From Malacoraja senta (lineage: Eukaryota), in assembly GCA_038087875.1 (NCBI GenBank), contig CM075977.1, positions 209,011,978 through 209,066,000 on the forward strand: DNA of 54,023 nucleotides, in the 5' to 3' direction. The notes beneath the pieces were generated by a model. That model was not told the DNA's origin. It did not search any database and was given only the letters and a program-made list of their open reading frames with translations. Shown piece by piece: positions 12,299-23,845 of the stretch. How positions within the stretch are numbered: the stretch's first letter is position 1; the number at the start of each line of letters is the position of its first letter. Made by a program: the position numbers and the translations under genes.

Positions 12299-13904
12299 AC
12301 TATATTTTAATTAAAATCTGAAGATGATTATCACAGCAGTCGTATATAATGAAATGCCAGGTCAACAGTATTATTGTGAATTACATTTTGCATACACCTA
12401 ATCATTGGAACATAATCAGAGCTTTCAAAGGGCAAGTAGCTTAATTGGCATAGTAAGTCAATGAAATGAGCAGTTAGGAAAGGTATGTAATGATGGGCTT
12501 GAGAGACAATACTATCACTAAGAAATGCTATCATCAAGAAGAATTTTGATTCCTAGGCATAACCTCCCAACATGGGTACATTCCAAAAGTAATTGCTGTA
12601 AATAAAGTCCTTTAGACATGATAATGTGCTATATATATGCAAGTTCATTTCTGGGGACTGTATAATCTATTGCTTTGGTTTGAGTGAGATGCAATTCCTA
12701 AGCTTTATGACTCCATTATTCAACACTGCAAAACATTTGTTATTCTTTACTGAATCAATGACAGTATTAGAAGACAATTTGTTATCAGCTTTGGAAGGGA
12801 CCAATACGTTAACACGGTCGAAAGGTTGGGACTAATCATCCAGGTGGTCTCTTTGAACAGAATTCCATCAAAGAACTCCCTTGAGTACAAACATTTACAA
12901 AATGTTAATATTGTAAATGTGTGGCTGTGAACTGTGGTGTTTATTATCATCGCCAGCCTGCAGTGTTATCGTCTCCTTTAAGATTAGTGAACCGTCATCT
13001 TGGACAAAGGAAGTCCAGCAGTCAAAACTAATGCCTTTCCACAGCACTGCCATAAAAGGACTCTGACATATTTAGAACAGCTCTTCCAATTCTGAATCAC
13101 ATGTGACAAACAGGCTTGGCATGCATTTCGTAGATAAGAATCTACAGACACAATTCAAATTCGGAAACCTAATTTTCTCCTTGAAACGTAACCTTCAAAG
13201 GTCGGCTATCACCGTCTGTGTTTGCAGTGAGGTATAGATTCTGTTGTATTTTTGATGAGTTACACTTCTGTGGTCATCTTCTCACACCAGACAGTTATGT
13301 CTGTCCTTTGAAATACATTTTTGTCTGATGTGGTGTAAATCTGGCATGTATTGCTTTGCCCTAAGAGTTCCGCTGGGTCCTAAAGTCTGTGCTATTTTAT
13401 ATCCCAAAGCTGGCAAATATTAACTGGGTTTAGAGTCCCACATTTAATTTATTATAGAGAAAACAGGCAACTTTTTAAGTGAGAGGTTCAGTTTTATATT
13501 AAAGAATACAAGCGTACAAAATATGACACTTGTAAACGTCCAATGTGGCGTTTCAATTCTACCGTTTTATTTTTCAGCCATATCTATTGATACCAATAAT
13601 TAATTCCTTTTTTAAGAAGCATGCTTTTGTAATCTGGGAAGAGACCCTGCACTCGTTGACCTAGTCTCCCTGCCAATATTCACAACCACACCCAAAGGAA
13701 AGATGGAAATCCTGATACATTCCTGTATCTTCGGCATCACCCAATTTAATGGAATGCTTAAGCCTCTGAGGAGAAAAAAACATGCAGATTTTTGTACATG
13801 TGTTGTAGTGGATGGGGAAAGGCTTACAACTGGAAGCATTTAAAACTACAGGTGAATTTTGCAGAAGCAAGAGATTTATTTCTATATTTCAAGTTTGCTG
13901 TCAA

Positions 13905-14228
13905 CCATAAGGTCATAAGCGATTGGAGCAGAATCAGGCCATTCGGCCCATCAACTCTACTCTGCCATTCAATCATGGCTGATCTATCACTCCCTCCTAA
14001 ACACATTCTCCTGCCTTCTCCCCATCACCCCTGACACCCATACTAATCAAGAATCTATCTCTACCATAAAAAAATAAAGAATTCCACAGATTCACCACCT
14101 TCTGACTAAAGAAATTCCTCCTCATCCCCTTCCTAAAGGATCGTCCTTCAATTCTGAGGCTATGACCTCTGGTCCTAGACTCTCCCACTAGTGCAAACAT
14201 CCTCTCCACATCCATTCTATCCAAGCCT
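13905..14228 (-). mobile_element. CR1-type LINE 3' fragment
   Basis: ORF ..GESRTRGHSLRIEGRSFRK..FFSQKVVNLWNS followed by a 3' UTR. Confidence 0.85.
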
Positions 14229-14769
14229 ATGAACCAATGTGTTTGCTACATATTCTCTCTCACTCACTGAGCAGAACTATACGGCGTGCTTTATATGAAT
14301 AATAAGGAGGAAACTTTGTAGCTCAATTTATGGCCAGGTTACATCATCGCTAAGTGTAGATTTTAACGCTCAGCAATTATTATCTATTTTGGCTTATGTG
14401 TTCGCAATACCACAATATATTTTCAAATTTAAATTCCTTTGGAGCGAATGACTACATGCTAGGTGCAAATTTGTCCATTAGTTTATGTAATAGTCCGCAG
14501 ACTAGTTAACAGTTACAAATTATGCAACGAGGCTGATTGTATTGCAATGTTTGAATCTCAGTTAATATTATAGGAGCATTTAGATTCAAAGGCAAAAATG
14601 CTTTGGTCTCGAAAATAATTTATTGCATTTATCTTTCACTCGGTTTTCATAGGCACTGATTAAGAACCCCGTTGAGCTGGGCATCCGTCCAACATAAGCC
14701 TAGACTGTGAGTGTCAGCAGATGAATCCATTTTGGGGGCATGTCACAGCTGGGACTGGTTATTAAAAAC

Positions 14770-15040
14770 AACAGCTTTCATTTGCATAGTGCCTGCAACA
14801 TAAAAGAGAAAAAGTCTTGCACTTATAAAGTACTTTTCATGACCTCGAGATGTCCCAAAGCACTTTACTACCAATGAAGTACTTTTGAAGTACGGACACT
14901 GTTGTAATGTAGGAAACACGGCAGCCAATTTAAGTACAAGTTTCCTCAATCTGAGACGTGATAACAACCAGATAATCTGTTTTTGAGATGTTGATTAAGA
15001 GATAAATGTTGGCAAGGATGTGGTCAAATGTCCCAGGACT
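14770..15040 (-). mobile_element. Old Deu-SINE-like (SacSINE1/AmnSINE1-related) fragment
   Basis: gtcccaaagcacttta..ccaatgaagtacttttgaagt..ctgttgtaatgtaggaaac..ccagataatctgttttt..gataaat. Related pieces at ~9100-9310, 11600-11950 and 20700-20880. Confidence 0.55.
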
Positions 15041-15774
15041 CTCGTGCTGATTAGTGAAAGGAATAAATTCAGGTTCAGTTGAATTTCAGCATCTTTACTG
15101 ATGTTTTGGGGGTAACTATCCATGATACTGTCCATTTACGATTTGAACCGCTGGCTTTAGAAGACCGAATCAATCAACTTTGTTTTTAAGAGTATGGAAC
15201 TGCAGGATACTTCAACAGCATTGTAAGGATCATGATCCACACTTCTATTCATCTCTTCTGGAAAGGGCACTTGAGTACAATCAGTAGCAGGAAGCCAGAT
15301 TGATTATTTTTTCTTCCATGCAGTGGCCCTAAGGAAATTACAGTACCCTCTGACAGACACTCACTTGAGATCAGTTACAGCAACAAACCCTGGTGATAAA
15401 AACGTGGGGTCCGACTGGCTCAGGACCCCAGTGCGTACATTACATTCATTTAATGTATTGTGAAAGACCAACTAAAACAGTTTTTCCCATGATTCAAGCT
15501 TTTATGTACTATTACCATAATCCTCAATCCCTCCTCACATCTCCCTGTATCTGTTGCACAATACATTCATTCCTGATCCCTAGTCCTTGTACCAACAGCT
15601 AATGGGAGGAGATTTTCTTTATTTGCCTCAATCTTATAAATCTTTCATCACTCTTCCCAACCTCCATTTCTCCCAGGAGAACAACCCCACCTTCTCCAAA
15701 CCACATGATTAACTGCTCGCTACAAATTCATTTTGGCATCATCAAAAAATGTGCTCGATATTCTAGCTTCCAAT

Positions 15775-17405
15775 TCAAGAGAGTTTATTGTCATGTGTCC
15801 CAGATAGGACAATGAAATTCTTACTTGCTGCAGCACAACAGAATATTGTAAACATAAATACAGAACAGTTCAATGTGTGATATAGCATAGACCATATATA
15901 TACACATAAATAAACAGATAAAGTGCAATAGGCTGTAATACTTCATAGTTTGTTTGACGGTGAGTTTAATAGCCTGATGGCTGTGGGGAAGTAGCTGTTC
16001 CTGAACCTGGATGTACCAGATTTCAGGCTCCTGTACCTTCTACATGATGGCAGCGGAGAGATGAGTGTGTGGCCAGGATGGTATGCGTCCTTGATGATGT
16101 TGGCAGCCTTTTTGAGGCAGCGACTGTGATAGATCCCTTCAATGGTGGGGAGGTCAGAGCCAATGATGGACTGGGCAGTGGTCACAGCTTTCTGCATTCT
16201 TTTCCGCTCCTGGACATTCAAGTTGCCGAACCAGGCCACGATGCAACCGGTCAGCATGCTCTCTACTGTGCATCTGTAGAAGTTTGAGAGAGCCCTCTTT
16301 GACATACCGACTCTCCATAATCTTCTCAGGAAGTAGAGGCGTGATGTGCTCACTTTATAATTGCATCAGTGTGCAGGGACCAGGAAAGATCTTCGGAAAT
16401 ATGCACACCCAGGAATTTGAAATTCTTGACCTTTTCCACCATCGACCCGTTGATATAAACGGGACTGTGGGTCCCCATCCTGCCCCTTCCGAAGTCCACA
16501 ATCAGTTCCTTGGTTTTGCTGGTGTTGAGAGCCAGGTTGTTGTGCTGGCACCATTTGGTCAATCGGTCGATCTCACTTCTATACTCTGACTCATCACCAT
16601 CAGTGATTCGTCCCACAACAGTGGTGTCGTCGGCGAACTTGATGATGTAGTTCGCACTATGTCCAGCTACATAGTCATGAGTATAGAGTGAGTACAGCAG
16701 GGGGCTGAGCACGCAGCCTTGAGGTGCTCCCGTGCTGATTGTTATCGAGGATGACACATTTCCACCAATACGGACAGACTGTGGTCTGTGGATGAGGAAG
16801 TCGAGGATCCATTTGCAGAGGGATGCTCAGAGACCCAGATCTGAGAGCTTGGTAGCCAGCTTGGAGGGGATTATGGTGTTAAACGCCGAGCTGTTGTCAA
16901 TGAACAACAGCCTGACATACGAGTTTTTGTTGTCCAAGTGGTCCAGAGCGTAGTGGAGAGCCAGTGAGATCGCATCCACCATTGATCTGTTGTGGCGGTA
17001 AGCGAACTGCAGTGGGTCGATGTTCTTGTCGAGGTAGGAGTTGATATGCGCCATAATCAACCTCTCAAAGCACTTCATCACCACAGACGTTAGTGCCACT
17101 GCTCGATAGTCATTGAAGGCACGTCACCTTGCTCTTCTTGGGCACCGGTATTATTGATGCCCTTTTAAAGCAGGTGGGAACCTCAGACCTTAGAAGTGAG
17201 AGGTTGAAAATGTCCATAAAAACTCCAGCCAGTTGGTCCGCAAAGGTTTTTAGAACACGGCCAGGTATTCCATCAAGCCCACGCGCTTTCCGAGGGTTCA
17301 CCCCCCTGAAGGATCTTCTGACGTCAGCCTCTGTGACTGTGACTGAAATACCATCACGGCGAAAGGGGGCTCGGGAAGGCACATCAGTATTCTCCCTATC
17401 AAAGC
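15775..17405 (-). mobile_element. 5'-truncated, decayed non-LTR retrotransposon (Rex-Babar-like) RT region plus 3' UTR
   Basis: Broken ORFs with RT motifs [51 protein letters not shown] and RLYFLRRL. 3' end reads ...gacaataaactctcttgaa. Confidence 0.88.
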
Positions 17406-17940
17406 GTGAGTTGCCAGCAGCTCAACAGAAGAGAATTATTTATAGCTTCACTCAACTCACCTGGATCAAAGAAACGGCAGAAATCGGTGCAATAACGGGC
17501 AAGCTGCTAGTGCACTTGAAGGCACTAGTGATATCGCGATCTCCCGCAGCTGCGGGAGCCCCCGACTGTAAGCGATCCCTCGATCGCTGGAGAACACCCG
17601 ACCCGACTGAGGATCACAGGTACTGTACTTGGAAACACCGGGGAGACCTCCGGAGCCGATGGGCAGGATCTTCCAGGAGCAATGGAGCTGCGGCTGCCGA
17701 CTGTGAGGGAATCCCCGATCACAACGGAGCTGGAGCTGCTGTCTGCAAGGGAATCCCCGTTCCAACGCAGGTTCGCAGAAACAGCAGGTACAGTAAACAC
17801 AGTACCTGGAAACAACGGAGAGGCCTCAATTGTGTCCGGAAACATGGCCGACAGGCAGGACTTCAGGTCAGACTGAAGCGCAGGGGACTTCGACCTCCTC
17901 TCCCTACCATCCTACTGGCCAATGTACAGTCCCTTGAAAA
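17406..17940 (+). mobile_element. Inverted 5' fragment of a Rex-Babar-like LINE (leader plus start of endonuclease)
   Basis: GC-rich segment whose + frame ends RLKRRGLRPPLPTILLANVQSLEN, the typical start of the APE domain in this clade. It abuts the opposite-strand RT fragment. Confidence 0.7.
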
Positions 17941-18839
17941 CATAATTATATCACAGAAAGAAGTGCCCCAGAATTGTTCTTTGGGCAACACTCTCATCTC
18001 CGAATGGGTTGTTAAGTAATTATTTACCACAACTTTCTCCTTCCTATTCTGAAGCCATTTAAAAAAAATCTAAGATGACACTCTCCAGTTCCTTCGATCT
18101 GTTGCTAACAAGGCTTTTCAAATGTTTTCTTTAAATATAGTTCTTCAAGAACTTCGCTCATTAATTAATCAACGCGATCATTTAGCTTAGTCAAATGTGA
18201 TCTGCCTTTCATAAATCCATAAATCCTATTTTGACCTTTGTGGCTGTGGCTTCATATACTGTACAATTAGAGTCATAGAGTTACGCATCATGGAAACAAG
18301 CCCTTCAGCCCAATTCGTTCATGCCAACCAAGATGCCCCATCTAACCTATTCCCATTGTCTTGCATTTGGCCTATATCCCTCTAAACCTTTCCTATCCGT
18401 AAACCAGTCCAGCTGTGTTTTTTTAAATTCTTTTTGTATTTGCCTCAAAAGCCTCCTCTGTCATGTTAATTCTGTCACGTAAAAATAACAATACCTGTCT
18501 CAGACTTTAAAATGGCATGAACTTCATTACAATGTCTATGGCCAAGTCCCTGACACGAGCTTGCCAAGCATTCAGGCGTAATTTTGTAACCTGCATCAAA
18601 AAACTGCCATGGTATTGTTAAACACATCACGATTAAGAATTTAAATGATGAATTGCACTTGGCTGGTATTTCCTTCTGCCCCACCCACTTCTTGGCAACA
18701 CGAGAATGCTGCCTTTCATCACGATTACCATATGTCGCAGATGGAAAATATACAAGTTTTGACAGATGCCCAAACTTCTGGTTCAGTTGCCTCAGTGCAA
18801 AAAATGGTATTGTTTCACTAATAAAACTTTTTGACTTAC

Positions 18840-18953
18840 CTTGTTCGCACAAAGCACCAGCATAACTTGGCAAGCAGACGCAGCTGAAACAGTTGACACC
18901 ATCAATACACGTGGCTCCATTCTGGCAAGGGTTGGACTGACACTCATCCACAT
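18840..18953 (-). CDS. vcan: Versican G3 EGF-like domain 2 (calcium-binding type) exon (114 bp)
   Basis: tttcattcag|...|gtaagt, phase 1-1. Translates [38 protein letters not shown], close to versican DFDECHSNPCRNGATCVDG..CLPSYVGALCEQ. Confidence 0.96.
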
Positions 18954-20199
18954 CTGAATGAAATATAATTTGGTAATATTGGTTCGTGGTTAATTAAACA
19001 CAGCAATGCTGTCACAATCGCTACGGCATGCTAAGCCTACTAAATGATATCATTAATCAAAGTATTCACATTGGACCTACTTCTTCAAAGTACAACTCAG
19101 GAAGTTGCTTCTTTGAAGATTTAGACCAATTTCCTAAAAACCAGAAGCAACCCTAATTAATTAGGATAGCAGTCCAGACAGGAAAATTTGTCTGACTCTC
19201 ACGGTCTGATCATATAAACAAAAAGAAGCATTTGAAAAAAATTGATACTACCTCAGACTGTAAAAGGTGTATTTGCAAAACCAAAGAAAATACTGCACAG
19301 TGGGGGAAAAAAAAACAAGAAAAAAGTTATGTTTGATATTCATGGCTTTGAAAAGCTACTTTATAACTCTACAATGGCCCGTTCGGAAACCCCCTTCCCC
19401 AAGACCCCAAAATTGAAGACTTATGCATAAAATAATTTGGCATGGGCAGAAATTATGCAGAAATGTACTTGCTTTGCAATGGAGACACAAGGAGTTGCAG
19501 ATGCTGGTTTGCAAAAAAAGTGACGTTGCTTTGCAATGTATTTTATGTAGTAAAAATGCATTCCCCATTAGCTAACATAGCTTTGCACATAAAATGTGGT
19601 TTGAGTTCATAACACAGCAATATTCTCTAACTTTGACATCAATATGTAACTTAAGTTCTCCTAACCCGGCTTTCTGTTAGTCGCATTGCTCCCAGTTTAT
19701 GGTGCTGTGGTCCATTTAAAGGAATGACTTGAGCTGTGATTTCTGTGGCACAGAAGGAGGTTATTGTGAGTAACTGGAAAAGCTGGGATTGAAAAGGGAG
19801 AGCTTACGATGAGATTGGATGTAACTATTAAAAGTTAGGTAGTTGAAGCAGGTATTATTGCAGTATTAAAAAAAAAACATTTGGACAGGTACATGGATAG
19901 GATAAGTATAGAGGGATATTAATTGCAAGTAGATGGGACTATTGTAGATGGTTCACGTGAGCAAGTTGGGCCAAAGGGCCTGTTTCCACGCTATTTTTTT
20001 CCTCTATGACTCTAGTGCGTTTAGAAAAATGGAAGAGATATTAATCAGCAGAAAGGTCATGGGAATTGTAGATAAAATAGGTCATGAAAGGTGATTTAAT
20101 GTAACACCTTTCATGAACTCAGGACAATCCAAATTGATTCATAGTCAATGAATAGTTTTGAAGCATCGTCCTTGATATAACACACTGAGCCCAACATAT

Positions 20200-20655
20200 G
20201 GTGACATATGATGAAAGAATGGGTTGACCCGGCTTGTGATCACTGGAATTTCGAAGGATGAGAGGGGATCTTACAGAAACATATAAAATTCTTAAAGGAT
20301 TGGGCAGGCTAGATGCAGGAAAAATGTTCCCGATGTTGGGGAGTCCAGAACCAGGGATCACAGTTTAAAAATAAGGGGTACGCCATTTAGGACTAATGTG
20401 AGGAAAAACCTTTTCACCCAGAGTTGTTAATCTGTGGAATTCACTGCCACAGGTGGCAGTGGAGGCCAATTCACTGGATGTATTTAAGAGAGATAGATTT
20501 AGCTCTTAGGGCTAATGGCATCAAGGGATATGGGAGAAAAGCAGAATCGGGTTACTGATTTTAGATGATCCGCCATGATCATATTGAATGTGGGTGCTGG
20601 CTTGAAAGGCCGAATGGCCTACTCCCGCAACTATTTTTCTATGTTCTATGTTCTA
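20200..20655 (+). mobile_element. CR1-type LINE 3' fragment
   Basis: ..aggatgagaggggatctt..gaatctgtggaatt-like..ggccgaatggcctactcc..tctatgttctatgttct tail. Confidence 0.85.
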
Positions 20656-20893
20656 ACAGCTCCAAAAGCATGAGAAGTGAAAAAAATCAGGTATTTTCTT
20701 CCTGTAATGCAAAATAAAGGAATAACTCTTGGATAGGAACCGCTGATTTGCTCTTACTTGAAATGATGCCATTGTATCTTTGCATCCATCGGGATTGGTA
20801 GATGGTGCCTTAGTTTAATGTTTTACTCAAAGGATGAAACTGCTGACAATGTAATATTCTTGACAATAGCACAGTGAAATCACTTTCCAGATC

Positions 20894-21655
20894 ATATAAC
20901 CATATAACCATATAACCATTACAGCACGGAAACAGGCCATCTCGGCCCTTCAAGTCCGTGCCGAACACTTTTTTTTTAAACTTCCCCTAGTCCCATCTAC
21001 CTGCACTCAGACCATAACCCTCCATTCCTTTCCCGTCCATATACCCATCCAATCTATTTTTAAAGGATAAAATCGAACCTGCCTCCACCACTTCCACTGG
21101 AAGCTCATTCCACACAGCTACCACTCTCTGAGTAAAGAAGTTCCCCCTAATGTTACCCCTAAACTTCTGTCCCTTAATTCTCAAGTCATGTCCCCTTGTT
21201 TGAATCTTCCCTACTCTCAATGGGAAAAGCTTATCCACGTCAACTCTGTCTAGCCCGCTCATAATTTTTAAAGACCTCTATCAAGTTCCCTCTTAACCTT
21301 CTGCGCTCCAAAGAATAAAGACCTAACTTGTTCAACCTTTCTCTGTAACTTAGTTGCTGAAACCCAGGCAACATTCTAGTAAATCTCCTCTGTACTCTCT
21401 CTATTTTGTTGACATCCTTCCTATAATTAGGCGACCAAAATTGTACTCCATACTCCAGAATTGGCCTCACCAATGCCTTGTACAATTTTAACATTACATC
21501 CCAACTTCTATACTCAATGCTCTGATTTATAAAGGCCAGCACACCAAAAGCTTTCTTTACCACCCTATCTACATGAGATTCCACCTTCAGGGAACTATGC
21601 ACAGTTATTCCTAGATCCCTCTGTTCAACTGCATTCCTCAATTCGCTACCATTGA
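20894..21655 (-). mobile_element. CR1-type LINE 3' fragment
   Basis: QRDLGITV..YKALVRPILEYGVQFWSP..ERRRLRGNLIEVFK..TRGH..FFTQRVV..WNELP, ending in a (catataac)n microsatellite tail at 20894-20918. Confidence 0.9.
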
Positions 21656-22184
21656 TCATTGGGATCAAGTCCTTAGAGCGGACCCCCCCCCCCCCCCCCC
21701 CCCCCCGCCTATTCTTCAATGATCAGAATGTGGATGCAAGTGCCAGGGAACTCTTAAATCTATTCAGCATGAAAGTGAGATTAATAATTACTGGTTGAGG
21801 TATGTACGTAGTTCCAAAGTAATGTTCAAAAAAATACTTCTGTTTCCCATTTTAAATTTCAAGACATTTTTGAATCATTTTGCTCAATTAAGTCTGTAAC
21901 ATTTAGCATAATACGTGGATCCAATCTCCATATGAGGAAGAAAAATTAATCATGTGATATTAATAGAATTTACATAAAATGCACTGGGACTTTTTCTCCT
22001 GTTTTGTTGGAAAGAGGATCAAATTGCTGCATAATGTCTGGAGCATACCTACTGAAAGTATGTTTAAAACAACATTCCTATTCTTGCTCATTGTCTAACC
22101 AAATGTTCCTTACACCTTTCTCATAAAAATGTTTCACGGCATTGAGCATCACTTAGCTATTGCAGTGTTTACTGTTGCTCTTAC

Positions 22185-22301
22185 CTAGTTCACAGTGTTC
22201 CCCAGTAAATCCAGGAAAACAGGTACAGATGTAACTTGTCTCTCGTCGGAAGCAACTTCCTCCGTGATGGCAAGGGCTTTCTTCACATGGGTTAAAATGT
22301 G
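22185..22301 (-). CDS. vcan: Versican G3 EGF-like domain 1 exon (117 bp)
   Basis: tttgtcacag|...|gtaaga, phase 1-1. Translates [39 protein letters not shown], a 6-Cys EGF similar to versican EGF1 (..TETSYVCTCVPGYSGDQCEL). Confidence 0.95.
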   Translation of the reverse strand, partial: HILTHVKKALAITEEVASDERQVTSVPVFLDLLGNTVN

Positions 22302-22419
22302 CTGTGACAAATGCAAATATTGAGAAATGAGCAAGTGCAGTTACATTTTAACCAGTGAACATTTATTCACAGAAAAACCCGAATAAAAATGACAATCTAA
22401 TGACATGTGACAAATTAGT

Positions 22420-22880
22420 TCATTTAGTTTAATTTATTCTAACGTGTACCGAGGTACAGTGAAAAGCTTTTTGTTGTGTGCTAACCAGTCAGCAGAAAGA
22501 CAATACATGATTACAATCGAGCCATTTACAGTGTATAGATACATGATAAAGGAATAAGGTTTAGCACAAGGTAAAGCCAGCATGTACGATAAAAGATAGT
22601 CGGGTCTCGACCTGAAACGTTGCCTACTCCTTCGCTCCATAGATGCTGCCTCACCCGCTGAGTTTCTCCAGCATTTTTGTCTACCTTCGATTTTTCCAGC
22701 ATCTGCAGTTCTTTCTTAAAGATAGTCCGAGGGTCACCAATGAGGTAGATAGTAGTTCAGGACTGCTCTGGTTGTGGTAGGATGGTTCAGTTGCCTGATA
22801 ACAGCTGGGAAGAAACTGTCCCTCAATCTAGAGGCGTGCGTTTTCACATTTCTGTACCTTTTGCCGGACGGGAGAGGAGA
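22420..22880 (-). mobile_element. Rex-Babar-like LINE 3' UTR fragment hosting a Penelope-derived insertion
   Basis: Reverse complement of 6700-7015, interrupted at 22602-22717. Confidence 0.75.
22602..22717 (+). mobile_element. 116-bp Penelope pLTR insertion
   Basis: gggtctcgacctgaaacgttgcc..cagcatctgcagttc. Perfect 10-bp TSD aaagatagtc at 22592 and 22718. Confidence 0.8.
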
Positions 22881-23444
22881 AAGGGACTTGCAATGGTGCA
22901 CATTGCATTAAAATCAATGTCTGAATTTGTTTGTAAGAATGCTTCTCAGATCTAGTTCCTCTTTACTGGAGTATCAATTTGGCAAATTGGTATTAATTAA
23001 CCTGACACCAAGGGGTTAATACATTGGGTTTTTTTTTACATGGCTTTTCTTTAAGAGGCACTGACCAAAAAAGTTTTAATACACTATTTTGTTTTAATTT
23101 GGGTTGGCTAGCTATTAGCAACAGATGTTTATTTAAAAGAGCTAAGTGCTAAAGTATTTAAGCATTTGTACTTGCATGGGTTTTATCTAAAATTCCTACT
23201 TCGGAGACCAATTTTTAGGTAGATTGCCTGAAGTAATATTTTAAGATTGTCATGGCACAGGGATAAATAGTTAGTATTCCACATTGATTCATGAGATTTG
23301 AAGATAGTAAAAAGTGGAAAAAATGACTGAGGTAGAGGGTGAATTCAGTTCAGGCACCGAGAGAGAAATGGTGAAAGAAAAAATATATAAGCTTTGGCAT
23401 TAAAAATTCACAATAAATAATTTTTAACTTGAAGATTCCTTTTG

Positions 23445-23845
23445 CTTCACATTCACTGGAATCTAGAAGGATGAGAGGGAATCCTACAGAAACAAATAAA
23501 ATTCTTGAGGGATTGGACAGGCTAGATGCAGGAAAAATGTTCCAGATGTTGGGGGAGTCCAGAACCAGGGGTCACAGTTTAAGAATAAGGGGTAGGCCAT
23601 TCAGGACTGAGATGTGGAAAAACTTCTTCACCCAGAGAGTTGTGAATCTGTGGAATTCTCTGCCACAGAAGACAGTGGAGGCCAATTCACTGGATGTATT
23701 CAAGGGAGAATTAGATAGAGCTCTTAGGGCTAAGAGAATGAATGTATATGGAGAAAAAGCAGGAATGGGGTACTGATTTTGGATGATCAGCCATGAAGGG
23801 CCGAATGGCCTACTCCTGCACCTATTTTCGATGTTTCTATGTTTC
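23445..23845 (+). mobile_element. CR1-type LINE 3' fragment (same subfamily as 20200-20655)
   Basis: ORF SLESRRMRG..TRGHSLRIRGRPFRTE..FFTQRVVNLWNSLP followed by a CR1-like 3' UTR. Confidence 0.88.

Noticed and set aside
17129-18019. 296-aa plus-strand ORF as a host gene
   Set aside because: A chimera of antisense RT, the inverted LINE leader/endonuclease start and flanking DNA.
18475-18839. C-terminal extension of the 158-aa EGF ORF
   Set aside because: Read-through into the intron past the CAAG|gtaagt donor.
21683-21707. Poly-C/G runs (also ~9590, 9977, 11716)
   Set aside because: Simple homopolymers, mostly adjoining TE fragments, with unreliable length and no evidence of function.
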